Notes: generated by a model not told the origin, from the sequence alone. 64,000 nucleotides of DNA from Eledone cirrhosa (GCA_964016885.1 OZ024742.1:162378001-162442000), one strand, 5' to 3'; numbered from the stretch's first letter, positions 25,401 through 38,900 are shown. Numbers and translations are program-made.

Positions 25401-25879
25401 AAACTGGTGATTCTGTGAGTGCGCAGGTGAAAATTTAGAGTAACAAAGCTCACCAATCTTAACTATAATAAAGGAAGGTCTGCGGGATTGCGTCCAGAAT
25501 ATATTTTTTTTACCCCGTTTGTAAAATAAGTTGGATTACTTTGAATAAATAATGAATGAATATTACATAATTTATGTGCTAAATTTCGTGGCTGTTGATT
25601 AAATATATTTTATAACTTATTTAAAGATCTTTAAAATTCAATTCTTTAAAATTATCAAATGTCAACACTTCCGGTTAGCGGCCGTTATATTATAATACTT
25701 ATAATCGCATATATTTCCGTCGCTAATTTTCTCCTAATGCAGTTTATATATAATGTCGTCTTTTTTAAAAATATATTATAGATTACTGATTACAGAAGAC
25801 AGTGTAACATAGGCTTTGTTCAATTTCTGTGTATATTGTCAATTACGATTTTATTTGATGTATCATATTTACATGTATG

Positions 25880-26665
25880 TCAGGTCGCTCTCGAGTGCTA
25901 CTGGTAACATGTAACCCAGTACAACCTGTCTCATGGTCCGGTCGTCGGCGACTAGACCAGCAATCCCACCAAGCTAGCTTGGTGAGGAGGGTGATATTTG
26001 GACACTCTGTGGGATGAAACACAAAGGGCGGAGGAACTCAGCAGGGTCAACGGCCATCCAAATAATAGTTTTTTTTCTACCTGGGAGTGAAAGGCCCCCA
26101 GTTGTTGTCACAACACCTTTCTAGGAGAAAGAAACTCTGAAAAAGAAAACCTGCGGCTTTAGAAGCATCCGATAATGTTGACCAGTTCTCCTTTTCGGGT
26201 AGTATTTTCGATGCTTAGAGAGTGCAAGGCCTTTACCCACTTCAAAGAACAGGCATTGCTTGTTCAGAATATGTTACAGGTTCGTGTGGCTGACCGTAGC
26301 ATAAAAGTGCACCAAACTCTATAATCTGACAAGCGACTGCAAAACTCTTAGCAGAGTTTGCAGCCATCATTTATGTATGTATGTATGTATGTATGTATGT
26401 ATGTATGTATGTATGTATTACAAAGCCAGTCCCACTCTCTTAACCAAGATGATATTTACCAAAAAGAAGAACAAGTGCCTTTGCTCACTATAAAAGCTTC
26501 ACGGCACAGGCATTGCTTTATATCTGGAGATCTCTCTGCACTTGTCATCACATGGTACCATGGGCCCAGCACTGTGTCAGTAATTGTCACAAGTGTAGTG
26601 TTTGTACCAGAGTTTTCAAGTCACTGGCTGGACTGAAAAGTCACACTCGTTCAGTGCATGGGTAG
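25880..26665 (+). mobile_element. Internally deleted RTE-like element: 5' UTR-like part plus 3' end with a C2H2 finger
   Basis: CTAGGAGAAAGAAACTCTGA...AAACC resembles the motif at 7138-7170 and RTE 5' UTRs. The 3' frame reads WRSLC...CSVCTRVFKSLAGLKSHTRSVHG*. Confidence 0.55.
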
Positions 26666-26668
26666 GGG

Positions 26669-28890
26669 TGTAGCAAGAGTTGCCTCCCTTGTTATGACAA
26701 TCACATCACCGCTCTCTAGACGGGAAGTAGCTGGAGTTACTTCCCGTTGGGGTATCAGAACCCTTTTTGTCACTTCCGTCCCAGGACCCATAAAGGGAAT
26801 AACTTTCAGCTCTCTCCTTCTCTTTTGCCCTTTCGGCTCCTGGACTTCGGCCAGGCACGTTCGCCTGGCAATCGTAACATAGTCTCTTGCGAGCTCACTT
26901 CAAAACGGTAACAAATAATTTTACTTCATTCTTTCATCTACTCTTGACTTATCAACCATTCTGTTCTACATAACTTCAGCTTGTTAATTAAACTTTATAC
27001 TCACAACCGAGCATCTTTGTTATATTCATACAACCCAGCTTCACTGTTATAAGTGGTGACCCCGAAAAAATAAAAAAATAACAGGATCTGGTGTTGTGTG
27101 GGTATGGAAAAAAGAAAATTAATTAGCAGTACCCCATTTTAGTTGGGATGTGTTGACCAACATTTCGAATACGCAGCAAACTTTATTAACAAACTAGGAA
27201 AAATACGCAGACACAGAAACGAACATATGCACATGTGACATTCTCGTTCAGACAGACTCTTTTTCTCTCACGCACATGTCGTACATCAACTAAGTGTCGC
27301 ATTTCACTGGATGTATATATATGTTTTTCGTTTCTTCTTACAACGAACACTTTAAAAAAAAAAAAAAAAATTTGTTTTTTTTTTTACACATTTCAACATG
27401 AACATTTATTTTCGCTGAATCTTAACTATTGCTTATTCTTTCCGCCAAGCTTTTTTCATCGTTCACAAAAAAGTTGAACTCGCCATATTTGTTATACCAA
27501 GTGAAGCCTTTCTTTCTTTTTCATCATATTATCACGTTCACACACACATTTTTCAAAATGGCTGCCAACAACCTGTTGCACTATCATTTTCGTGCACAAT
27601 AGAAATATTTTTTTTTTCAACTTGACTTTAACCTTGTTTCGGCACGTGTGGGCAGCACACATCTCGACTCACTGAGATAACACACGCCATAGATAATGTT
27701 TCTTGCCAAGGATTCTCCAGCCTTAAGCTATATTCTCCTATTTGCCGGTTTAAAAATTTACCTCGTAAATTTGCCGTTGAAAACTGCGCATTTATTCAGA
27801 ATGCTTATTTCTTTGGTCGCTGGCCTCTTGACCCTTCCAGGTCAACGCATTCTCAACATCGACCATCAACTTTGGCTGTTATTTCTAGCACTTTGCGCAA
27901 CTCATTTTTTTCTGGGAAACTTTTTACTGTGAATTTAAACAACATCGAATACGCTCACTCCGCGAGACAACAACATCAACAACAACAACACAGCTTCATC
28001 AACAACCAAAACCAGCAGAACAAGCCAGAGAATTTATTTTTGCAGCACTCTTCCTGTGAGAAAATCCCACCGAATTTCACGTTGTACCACAGTCTAGAGA
28101 CCACCTGCATACATTCTCTGGAGGACACACTTTCTTTCCTGCTGTCATGTGATTGCACACCGGTGAACTGCAATTTGAACTTTGACCTCTTCTTTTAGTT
28201 TGATTACATTGTATCTTTGGGTGATGGATAGATAGATGTCCAGTCGTTCTCTGGCCAAGACCGGTTGGCTACCTTGATATCTATCATTGATTTTTGCATG
28301 CATATATTTTGCTGTTTTCCTTTTATTGCAAACATTATTTTTTCGTAATTTTCATGCCTGGACTTTGGTGTTACATGCTCGCCATCTTACTCCATACATG
28401 GTTCATTCGATTTTTATATTTTAAAAATCTGGTGGGGGATAATGTAGCAAGAGTTGCCTTCCTTGTTATGACAATCACATCACCGCTCTTTAGACGGGAA
28501 GTAGCTGGAGTTACTTCCCGTTGGGGTGTCAGAACCCTTTTTGTCACTTCCGTCCCAGGACCCTATAAAGGGAATAACTTTCAGCTCTCTCCCTCTCTTT
28601 TGCCCTTTCGGCTCCTGGACTTCGGCCAGGCGCGTTCGCGGATGCTTCACTCTCTACTAACTAGCCTGGCCCTTCGGCCAGGCGTCTTCGGCCAGGCGCG
28701 TTCGCCTGGCAACCCTAACATGGTCTCTTGCAAGCTCACTTCAAAACGGTAACAAATAACTTTACTTCATTCTTTCATCTACTCTTGACTTGTCAACCAT
28801 TCTGTTCTACATAACTTCAACTTGTTAATTAAACTTTATACACACAACCTAGTGTCTTGTTATATTCATACACACCAGTGTTTTGCTATA
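26669..28890 (+). mobile_element. Non-autonomous LTR retrotransposon (Ty3/Gypsy-type ends)
   Basis: LTRs at 26669-27051 and 28443-28890 (TGTAGC...G[C/T]TATA), GGGG 4-bp TSD, PBS TGGTGACCCCGA at 27054, PPT GGTGGGGGATAA at 28431. No gag/pol ORF. Confidence 0.88.
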
Positions 28891-29094
28891 GGGGTTCTCT
28901 TACGTGGATATAAAGTAGTGGCCGGACTCGAAAACGAGTTGGCAGTATATATGTATGTATGTATAACTGTGTATATATGTATGTATAATCTTTTCTCCCA
29001 AACCAGAAGTGAACTTATATAAGGCAGAGGTAGAAAGTGAAACCTTACTGTCGGAAGTTTGTCAGGTGGAGGCAGGTGGCGCTACTGAGCTGTT

Positions 29095-29414
29095 TGTTTA
29101 TATCTCTAGTGTTAATGGTGGAGAGAGAGGTAAAACCAACTGGCAAGAGATCCTGGGGTAGATCCTGAGCAAGATGGTTGGATAATATCTATGAGCTTGG
29201 CTGGTCTCGCTTGGGGATCTAGTCGGATCAGTTGGAAACGGTTGCTTCTGACAGGACCTGCTGGAGGGAGTGTTTAAGGACTCTTTCCCCACCCACTCTC
29301 TCAGGAACAAGGGAGCGAAGAAGAAGAAGAAGAAGAAGAAGAAGAAGAAGAAGAAGAAGAAGAAGAAGAAGAAGAAGAAGAAGAAGAAGAAGAAGAAGAA
29401 GAAGAAGAAGAAGA
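29095..29414 (+). mobile_element. RTE-like LINE 3' end with an (AAG)n tail (29318-29414)
   Basis: Translation GKRSWGRS*ARWLDNI...ASDRTCWRECL precedes the trinucleotide tail. Confidence 0.7.
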
Positions 29415-29529
29415 ATGTTGCCACCTGTATAGAGTTAGTAAGCCAGACTAGGAGAGGTGAAACAACAAGAGAAAGACTACGTGGGAGTGGGGGAAGAAGC
29501 ATAAATAAGGAAAAACGGTGACAAGCACG

Positions 29530-30300
29530 GATAACTACAAAGTTTCTGTTGATGAATCTTTTTGTAGCCTTCGTATACTGAAATATATTGTTTATATTTA
29601 GTAGATCTTTCACAATATATTGTACCCCCAATCTCTGTAGATTTTTAAGGACCTGCTTCAAGATGTCTCCTTCAGACTGATAGTTTCTGCATTGGAACAA
29701 ATAATGCTAAAGAGATTCTGGGTAGTCTCCATAAGAACATATGAGGGATTCTCTGTGACCTATTCTTGATAAAAATTTAGTTCAACTGCATATGACCCTT
29801 TCGAAGCTTATCAACATTATTCAGTATTTAATACATTTTAAAAGTTGACAGAACTGGCTTAGACAATGGGGCATTGAGATTTGAAAGCTAATCTCTACAT
29901 TCTTTCCACATTTTCCCCACATTTGACTGATCGTTTTAACTGAATGATTTGACTTGCGATAGGTTTGAAATATAGTCTGTATCTATTATTTCCCTTTGTG
30001 CTTCCTCGTTTACTAATTCACCTGCTTTCCTATTTCCCCTAATATATATTTGGCCTGGAATCCAAATCATCGTTATTTTCTCATAGATAGTTATCTATTC
30101 TTAGAACATACCCAATACCCCTAACCTGACCTTTTTTTCTAGATTTACGTAGTTCTAAGTCTGATAAACTGCCACAAAATAGAATATCTTTTCCCATGGC
30201 ATTTCTTTGACCGAGTCAATGGATGATACCATTCCTAACTACTCTACATCAAATATTGTAAAATCTTGGTGTAATCTGAAGCTCATATCTGTATTACTAT
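29530..30300 (-). pseudogene. Decayed RNase H-containing LINE (I/R1-group) 3' fragment
   Basis: Minus strand ITMIWIPGQIYIRGNRKAG resembles the RNase H WIPGH.GI.GNE.AD motif. Followed by R.GH and C-terminal remnants. Confidence 0.6.
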
Positions 30301-30316
30301 TTTTGTAGGATAAAAA

Positions 30317-30540
30317 GGGCGGAGGATTGGCAGGAGCGGTAAAGCGTCGGACACCCTGTTTCGTGGCATAGAGCTACATCCCTTTACGCTCTGAGTTCAA
30401 ATCCCACCGAGTTTAACTTTCATTTTCATCCTTACCAGGTCGATAAAATAAAGTACCAGTTACGCACAGGGGTAGATTTAATCGACTTTCCCCTCCCCAA
30501 AATTCCTGGCCTTGTCCCTAAATCAGAAACCATTATTTAT
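30317..30540 (+). mobile_element. SINE with a Deu/Nin-like domain
   Basis: Same family as 23486-23672. Confidence 0.8.
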
Positions 30541-30979
30541 GAAGGATCAAGTAGCTCCACATCCTACACAATTGTCTGAATATGCCCCATCTGTAAAACT
30601 GACCCAGTTGTTAAAAGTGTGTAAGGTTTACTTCGGTGTTTTATACATGTACAGTTATGTATTACTGTATAATATACGGTATATATATTATAGTCTTCGT
30701 TTAAGATTAACTCCAGGACAGCCTCCAATGTCTTAAGGAAAGGTCTACCACAATGCTCTGTTTTAAGGCCCCATCGTTCACCATGTAATTATGTCTACAT
30801 ATACGTCTGAGTGTGTGGTATATGTACATCTGTGTGTGTGCATTGGGTTTATGTGTGAATATATGCATGCATGTGTACATACATATATACGTAACACACA
30901 CACTCACATATACATACACATATACACACATATGCATAGGCACATACATACACATACGCACACATATATGAGCGCACGC

Positions 30980-31258
30980 ACACACGCACACGCCCGCCAT
31001 GATTTTGCATCTAGAAAGTTTCCCTCCGAGGCAAAAGCCTGGGCAAGGTTGTTTTCGGAAGACCAGTAGTCGCCTCTGCATACCAGTTTCCCCTCTCCAA
31101 GCCAACGATGAAGTCGAAGGGAAAGGGCAATGGTCTATACAGCTTGGTACCTGTGACGTTGCAACTCATTTCTATAGCTGAGTAAACTGAAGCAACGCGA
31201 AATAATGTGTCTTGCTGAAGGACACAATACATCACCCGGTCCGAGAATCGAACTCACA
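30980..31258 (-). mobile_element. Head-truncated SINE related to 13643-13980
   Basis: Minus strand GTGAGTTCGATTCTCGGACCGGGTGATGT...GCAAGACAC...CAGTTTACTCAGCT. Confidence 0.75.
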
Positions 31259-31558
31259 GTGCTCTGTAGGTATCTTTTAATTCAGAGGTCTTAAATTCAA
31301 GGGCTCAAAAGGGTTATTACTCAAAATGAATTCGCCTATGATAGTAAGTGGGATATCTGAATTAAATACAAAATGTAGGGGAACATATTTTTCGTTTCAA
31401 ATTTTCCATAATTAGTCAGGAAAATTGTTCTGCCGTAGGCCTGAGAAAAGTAATTAGTGGGGTGGGTGTTTGAGAACCCTGTCCTAAATAAAGGTTAATG
31501 TTACGACGTTTTTATATGTCTAAGGTTTACTTAGCTATTTTGTAGGCGTGTACTATAG

Positions 31559-31635
31559 TGTATGTATGTATGTATGTATGTATGTATGTATGTATGTATG
31601 TATGTATGTATGTATGTATGTATGTATGTATGTAT
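31559..31635. repeat. (ATGT)n microsatellite; others at 26372-26417 and 32339-32445
   Basis: Read directly. Confidence 0.95.
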
Positions 31636-31860
31636 ATTCTTCTGGTTTAATAATTTCACAAAGTTTTACCAATAGAGAGAGAGTCGGTTTCTAACATAGA
31701 CACAAGACCCTCTCATTGGAATTTACACAACATCAACTAGGTAGATATGTATGTATGCATGTGTAGATATGGATGTTATTGTATGTGTGGATGTGTATGT
31801 TTTGAGTTGTATGTGTGCATGTGTATATGATTTGTATCTGTACATGTGTATATGCAGTTA

Positions 31861-32244
31861 TTAGATGCAACATTTTTGGAATGTTTTACATATTTTTACT
31901 GTTCCATTAAGGGATTGTACTTGTAATTTCCTAACTAGTTGTGTTCTTTCTGTTCCTGTGAAGCCTAGCTTCTCAAGATTTGTATTGAGGCAGTTACTAA
32001 CATATCCCAGTGCCCCAATAATCACAGGCATAAATCTGAAGGTGTAATCAGGGTGGAGTATCTGCAGATTTCTCATCAGTTCTGCATAAATATTCTCCTT
32101 TTCACTAATCTTTGATATTATATTGACATCTGCTAGGCAGCTAATTTCCACTACTGTGCATGTTTTCTTCTCCCTGTCCCATATCATAATATCTGGTCTG
32201 TTATGCCTGCATTTTATTGTGTTTTTTTTACTGGAACATTCCAC
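31861..32244 (-). pseudogene. 3' end of an RLE (PD-(D/E)xK) non-LTR retrotransposon, R4/Dong-like
   Basis: HNRPDIMIWDREKKTCTVVEISC..D.N....EKENIY..L...PVIIGALG, followed by ATAC-rich repeats. Confidence 0.8.
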
Positions 32245-32611
32245 CAGTACTCTTTCATATTATGTACATGAATGTCTTCCACATTGTTGTAGCTTTTAAT
32301 GTGTTTATTATCGGGGCTATCTTTTTTACGAACTGCATTGTATGTATGTATGTATGTATGTATGTATGTATGTATGTATGTATGTATGTATGTATGTATG
32401 TATGTATGTATGTATTATGTATGTATGTATGTATGTATGTATGTGTGTATGTGTGTATGTATGTATATGTGAATGCATGTATGTATATATGTATGCATGT
32501 ATGTGTATATGTGTATGCGTGTATGCTATCTCTTTCTCTTAATTTCGAGTATATTTTTTTTTTGACCGGCCACCTTCCTGGTGGCAAGGTTGTAAAGTAA
32601 AAAAGAAATTG

Positions 32612-32972
32612 TCATCCCTTGAATCGCAAGAATGTTTTGCAAATTTTGAAGGTGCCAGCTATCGCAGCCATTTGTAGACTATGAATTAGGGAGCTGCGCT
32701 TTTTGTCCGCAAATCCAAGTTCAGTCATACTTTGGTCCAAGCGGGTTGGTATATAACCCGTAGCTCCAATAATGATGGGTATGAAGCTAAAGGTGTATCT
32801 TGGATACTGGATTTGTAAACTCCTCATCAATGGTCCGTAGATGTCCTCCTTCTCCTGTATTTTTCTGACAACGTTTACATCAAGTGGGCAGCTGATCTCC
32901 ACAAAAGACCAAGTTTTCAATGTGTGGTCTCAAACAACAATATCAGGCCGGTTGTGCTTTAATTTGGTGTCT
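32612..32972 (-). pseudogene. Second, diverged R4/Dong-like RLE 3' end with an in-frame stop
   Basis: TDTKLKHNRPDIVV*DHTLKTWSFVEISCPLDVNV...EKEDIYGPL...PIIIGATG. Confidence 0.8.
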
Positions 32973-35900
32973 GTGTGTGAGAGGAAAAGACTGTATGTGA
33001 GTGTGTGAGGTAATGAGTGTCTGTGTAGTGTATGTGGTAAGGAGTGTCTGTGTGAGAGAGGTAATGTGTGTCTGTGTGTGAGAGGTAATGAGTGTCTGTG
33101 TGTGAGAGGTAATGACTGTCTGTGTGTGAGAGGTAATGAGTGTCTGTGTGTGTGTGAGTGGTAATGAGTGTCTGTGTGTGTGTGAGGTAATGAGTGTGTG
33201 TGAGAGGTAATGAGTGTCAATGTGTGAGAGGTAATGAGTGTCTGTGTGTGTGATGTAATGAGTGTCTGTGTGTGTGAGGTACTGAGTGTGTGTGTGTGTG
33301 TGAGAGGTAATGAGTATCTGTGTGTATGTGTGAGCTAATGAGTGTGTATGTGTGTGAGAGGTAATGAGTGTCTGTGTGAGAGAGGTAATGTGTGTCTGTG
33401 TGTGAGAGGTAATGAGTGTATGTGTGTGTGTGAGGTAATGAGTGTGTGTGAGAGGTAATGAGTGTCTGTGTGAGAGGGGTAATGAGTGTCTGTGTGTGTG
33501 AGGTAATGAGTGTCGGTGTGTGTGTGAGAGGTAATGAGTATCTGTGTGTGTGTGAGCTAATGAGTGTGTGTGTGAGAGGTAATGAGTGTCTGTGTGTGTG
33601 AGAGGTAATGAGTGTCTGTGTGTGTGTGACAGGTAATGAGTGTCTGTGTGTGTAAGAGGTAAAGAGTGTCTGTGTGTGTGAGGCAATGAGTATCTGTGTG
33701 TGTGTGACAGGTAATGAGTGTCAGTGTGTGTAAGAGGTAAAGAGTGTCTGTGTGTGAGAGGTAATGAGTGTCTGTGTGTGTGAGTGGTAATGAGTGTATG
33801 TGTTTGTAAGAGGTAATGAGTGCCTGTGTGTGAGAGGTAATGAGTGTCTGTGTGTGAGAGGTAATGAGTGTCTGTGTGTGTGTGAGAGGTAATGAGTGTC
33901 TGCGTGTGTGAGGTAATGAGTCTCTGTGTTAGAGAGGTAATGAGTGTTTGTGTGTGAGAGGTAATGAGTGTCTGTGTGTGTGAAGTAATGAGTGTCTGTG
34001 TTAGAGACGTAATGAGTGTATATGTGAGAGCTAATGAGTGTCTGTGTGTCTTAGAGGTAATGAGTGTCTGTGTGTGAGAGGCAAAGAGTGTATGTGAGTG
34101 TGTGAGAGGTAATGAGTGTCTGTGTGTGTATGTGGTAATGAGTGTCTGTGTGAGAGAGGTAATGATTGTCTGTATGAGAGGTAATGAGTGTCTGTGGGTG
34201 AGCGGTACTGAGTGTCTGTGTCTGGGTGAGGTAATGAGTGTCTGTGGGTGTGTGAGAGGTAATGAGTGTCTGTGTGAGAGAGGTAATGTGTGTCTGTGTG
34301 TGAGATGTAATGAGTGTCTGTGTGTGTGTGTGTGAGGGAATGAGTGTCTGTGTGTGTGTGTGAGGGAATGAGTGTCTGTGTGTGTGTGTGAGGGAATGAG
34401 TGTCTGTGTTGCTCAGGTAATGAGTGTCAGAGTGTGTGTGAGGTAATGAGTGTCTGTGTGTGAGAGGTAATGAGTGTCTGTGTGAAAGAGGTAATCAGTG
34501 TCTGTGTGTGTGAGGTAATGAGTGTCACAGTGTGCGAGGTAATGAGTGTCTGTGTATGTGAGGTAATGAGTGTCTGTGTGTGTGCGAGGTAATGAGTGTA
34601 TGTGTGTGTGAGATAATGAGTCTCTGTGTGTGTGTGAGGTAATGAGTGTCTGTCTGAGTGAGGTAATGAGTGTCTGTGTGTGTGTGATGTAATGAGTGTC
34701 TGTGTGTGTGAGATGTAATGAGTGTCTGTGTGAGTGTGAGTGGTAATGAGTGTCTGTGTGTGTGTGAGGTAATGAGTGTATGTGTGTGTGAGGTAATGAG
34801 TGTGTGTGTGTGTGAGAGGTAATGAGCATCTGTGTGTATGTGTGAGCTAATTAGTGTGTGTGTGTGTGAGAGAGGTAATGGGTGTCTGTGTGTGAGAGGT
34901 AATGAGTGTATATGTGTGTGTGTGAGGTAATGAGTGTCTGTGTGTGTGAGGTAATGAGTGTCTGTGTGTGTGTGAGAGGTAATGAGTGTCTGTGTGTGTG
35001 TTAGGTAAATAGTGTCTGTGTGTGTGAGAGGTAATGCGTATCTGTGTGTGAGGGGTAATGTGTGTCTGTGTGTGTGAGGTAATGAGTGTCTGTGTGAGAG
35101 AGGTAATGAGTGTCTGTGTGTGAGAGGTAATGAAAGTCTGTGTGGGTGAGGTAATGAGTGTCTGTGTGTGTGTGTGAGAGGTAATGTGTATCTGTGTGTG
35201 TGTGAGCTAATGAGTGTCTGTGTGTGTGAGAGGTAATGGGTGTCTGTGTGAGATAGGTAATGAGTGTCTGTGTGTGAGAGGTAATGAGTGTGTGTGAGAG
35301 GTAATGAGTGTCTGTGTGAGAGTGGTAATGAGTGTCTGTGTGTGAGAGGAAATGAAAGTCTGTGTGTGTGAGGTAATGTGTGTCTGTGTGTGTGTGTGAG
35401 AGGTAATGAGTATCTGTGTGTGTGTGAGCTAATGAGTTTCTCTGTGTGTGAGAGGTAATGGGTGTCTGTGTGAGATAGGTAATGAGTGTCTGTGTGTGAG
35501 AGGTAATGAGTGTCTGTGTGTGTGTGAGACGTAATGATTGTCTGTGTGTGTGTCTAAGGAAATGAGTGTGTGTGAGAGGTAATGAGTGTCAGTGTGTGAG
35601 AGTTAATGAGTATCTGTGTGTGTCAGCCAATGAGTGTCTGTGTGTGTGAGGTAGTGAGTGTCTGTGAGTGTGAGAGCTAATGAGTGTCTGTGTGTGTGAG
35701 AGTTAATGGGTGTCTGTGTGTGAGAGGTAATGAGTGTCAGTGTGTGAGAGGTAATGAGTGTTTGTGTATGTGTGAGAGGTAATGAGTGTCTGTGTGAGAG
35801 AGGTAATGAGTGTCTGTGTGTAGTGAGATCATGAGTGTCTGTGTGTGTGTGACAGGTAATGAGTGTCTGTGTGTGTGAGGTAATGAGTGTCTATGTTTGT

Positions 35901-38900
35901 GAGAGGTAATGAGTGCCTGTGTGAGAGAGGTAATGAGTGTATGTGTGTGGTTGTGGTAATGAGGGTCTGTGGGTGTGTGAGAGGTAATGAGTGTCTGTGT
36001 GAGAGATGTAATGTGTGTCTGTGTGTGTGTGGTAATGAGTGTCTGTGTGTATGAGAGGTAATGAGTATCTGTGTGAGAGAGCTAATGAGTGTCTGTGTTG
36101 GTCAGGTAATGAGTGTATGTGGGTGTGAGAGCTAATGAGTGTCTGTGTGTGTGAGAGTTAATGAGTGTCAGAGTGTGTGTGAGGTAATGAGTGTCTGTGT
36201 GTGAGAGGTAATGACTGTCTGTGTGAAAGAGGTAATGAGTGTCTGTGTGTGCGAGGTAATGAGTGTCTGTGTATATGAGGTAATGAGTGTCTGTGTGTGT
36301 GTGAGGTAATGAGTGTATGTGTGTGTGAGATAATGAGGCTCTCTGTGTGAGGTAATGAGTGTCTGTCTGAGTGAGGTAATGAGTGTCTGTGTGAGAGAGG
36401 TAATGAGTGTCTGTGTGTGAGAGGTAATGAGTGTCTGTGTGTGAGGGGTAATGAGTGTCAGTGTGTGAGAGGAAATGAAAGTCTGTGTGTGTGAGGTAAT
36501 GAGTGTCTGTGTGTGAGAGGTAATTAGCGTCAGTGTGTGAGAGGAAATGAAAGTCTGTGTGTGTGAGGTAATGTGTGTCTGTGTGTGTGTGTGAGAGGTA
36601 ATGAGTATCTGTGTGTGTGTGAGCTAATGAGTGTCTGTGTGTGTGAGAGTTAATGGGTGTCTGTGTGTGAGAGGTAATGAGTGTCAGTGTGTGAGAGGTA
36701 ATGAGTGTTTGTGTATGTGTGAGAGGTAATGAGTGTCTGTGTGAGAGAGGTAATGAGTGTCTGTGTGTAGTGAGATCATGAGTGTCTGTGTGTGTGTGAC
36801 AGGTAATGAGTGTCTGTGTGTGTGAGGTAATGAGTGTCTATGTTTGTGAGAGGTAATGAGTGCCTGTGTGAGAGAGGTAATGAGTGTATGTGTGTGGTTG
36901 TGGTAATGAGTGTCTGTGGGTGTGTGAGAGGTAATGAGTGTCTGTGTGAGAGATGTAATGTGTGTCTGTGTGTGTGTGGTAATGAGTGTCTGTGTGTATG
37001 AGAGGTAATGAGTATCTGTGTGAGAGAGCTAATGAGTGTCTGTGTTGGTCAGGTAATGAGTGTATGTGGGTGTGAGAGCTAATGAGTGTCTGTGTGTGTG
37101 AGAGTTAATGAGTGTCAGAGTGTGTGTGAGGTAATGAGTGTCTGTGTGTGAGAGGTAATGACTGTCTGTGTGAAAGAGGTAATGAGTGTCTGTGTGTGCG
37201 AGGTAATGAGTGTCTGTGTATATGAGGTAATGAGTGTCTGTGTGTGTGTGAGGTAATGAGTGTATGTGTGTGTGAGATAATGAGTGTCTGTGTGCGTGAG
37301 AGGTAATGGGTGTCTGTGTGAGATAGGTAATGAGTGTCTGTGTGTGAGAAGTAATGAGTGTATGTGTGTGTGTGAGAGGTAATGAGTGTCTGTGTGAGAG
37401 AGTTAATGAGTGTATGTGTGAGAGAGGTAATGAGTGTCTGTGTGTGAGAGGATATGAAAGTCTGTGTGTGTGAGGTAATGTGTGTCTGTGTGTGTGTGTG
37501 AGAGGTAAGGAGTATATGTGTGTGTGTCTGCTAATGAGTGTCAGTGTGTGTGTGAGGTAATGAGTGTCTGTGTGTGTGAGGCAATGACTGTCTGTGTGAA
37601 AGAGGTAATGAGTGTCTGTGTGTGTGAGGTAATGAGTGTCACAGTGTGCGAGGCAATGAGTGACTGTGTATGTGAGGTAATGAGTGTCTGTGTGTGTGTG
37701 ATGTAATGAGTGTCTGTGTGCGTGAGAGGTAATGAGTGGCTGTGTGTGTGTAAGTGGTAATGAGTGTATGTGTGTGTGTGAGGTACTGAGTGAGTGTAAG
37801 AGGTAGTGAGTATCTGTGTGTGTGAGGTAATGAGTGTCCGTGTGTGTGTTTGAGTTAATGAGTGTCTGTGTTTGTGTGAGGTAACGAGTCTCTGTGTGCG
37901 TGAGAGGTAATGAGTGTCTGTGAGAGAGAGATAATATGTGTCTGTGTGTGTGTGAGGTTATGAGTATCTGTGTGTTTGAGGTAATGAGTGTCTGTGTGTG
38001 TGAGAGGTAATGAGTGTTTGTGTGTGAGAGGTAATGAGTGTCTGTGTGTGTGAGGTAATGAGTGTCTGTGTTAGAGAGGTAATGAGTGTATATGTGAGAG
38101 CTAATGAGTGTCTTGTGTCTGAGAGGTAATGAGTATCTGTATGTGAGAGGCAAAGAGTGTATGTGAGTGTGTGAGAGGTAATGAGTGTCTGTGTGTGTAT
38201 GTGGTAAAGAGTGTCTGTGGCTGAGAGGTAATGAGTGTCTGTGTGAGAGAGGTAATGATTGTCTGTATGAGAGGTAATGAGTGTCTGTGTGTGGTTGTGG
38301 TAATGAGTGTCTATGGGTGTCTGAGAGGTAATGGGTGTCTGTGTGTGAGAGGTAATGTGTGTCTGTGTGTATGAGAGGTAATGTGTGTCTGTGTGAGAGA
38401 GCTAATGAGTGTCTATGTGTGTGTGTGAGGGTATGAGTGTCTGTGTTGCTCAGGTAATGAGAGTCTGTGGGTGTGAAAGCCAATGAGTGTCAGTGTGTGT
38501 GTGAGGTAAAGAGTGTGTTGTGATAGGTAATGAATGTCTGTGTGTGAGAGGTAATGACTGTCTGTGTGAAAGAGGTAATCAGTGTCTGTGTGTGTGAGGT
38601 AATGAGTGTCACACTGTGCGAGGTAATGAGTGTCTGTGTATGTGAGGTAATGAGTGTCTGTGTGTGTGTGAGGTAATGAGTGTATGTGTGTGTGAGATAA
38701 TGAGTCTCTGTGTGTGTGTGAGGTAATGATTGTCTGTCTGAGTGAGGTAATGAGTGTCTGTGTGTGTGTGATGTAATGAGTGTCTGTGTGTGTGAGAGCT
38801 AGTGAGTGTCTGTGTGTGAGAGGTAATGAGTGTCTGTGTGTGTGTGTGAGAGGTAATGAGTATCTGTGTGTGTGTGAGCTAATGAGTTTCTGTGTGTGTG

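Noticed and set aside
26594-26665. Host C2H2 zinc-finger gene exon
   Set aside because: A single finger with no TGEKP linker or tandem fingers, ending in a stop. It matches the terminal finger of RTE ORFs better.
29098-29700. Poly-Phe, poly-Lys and poly-Arg ORFs
   Set aside because: Produced by the (AAG)n tail.
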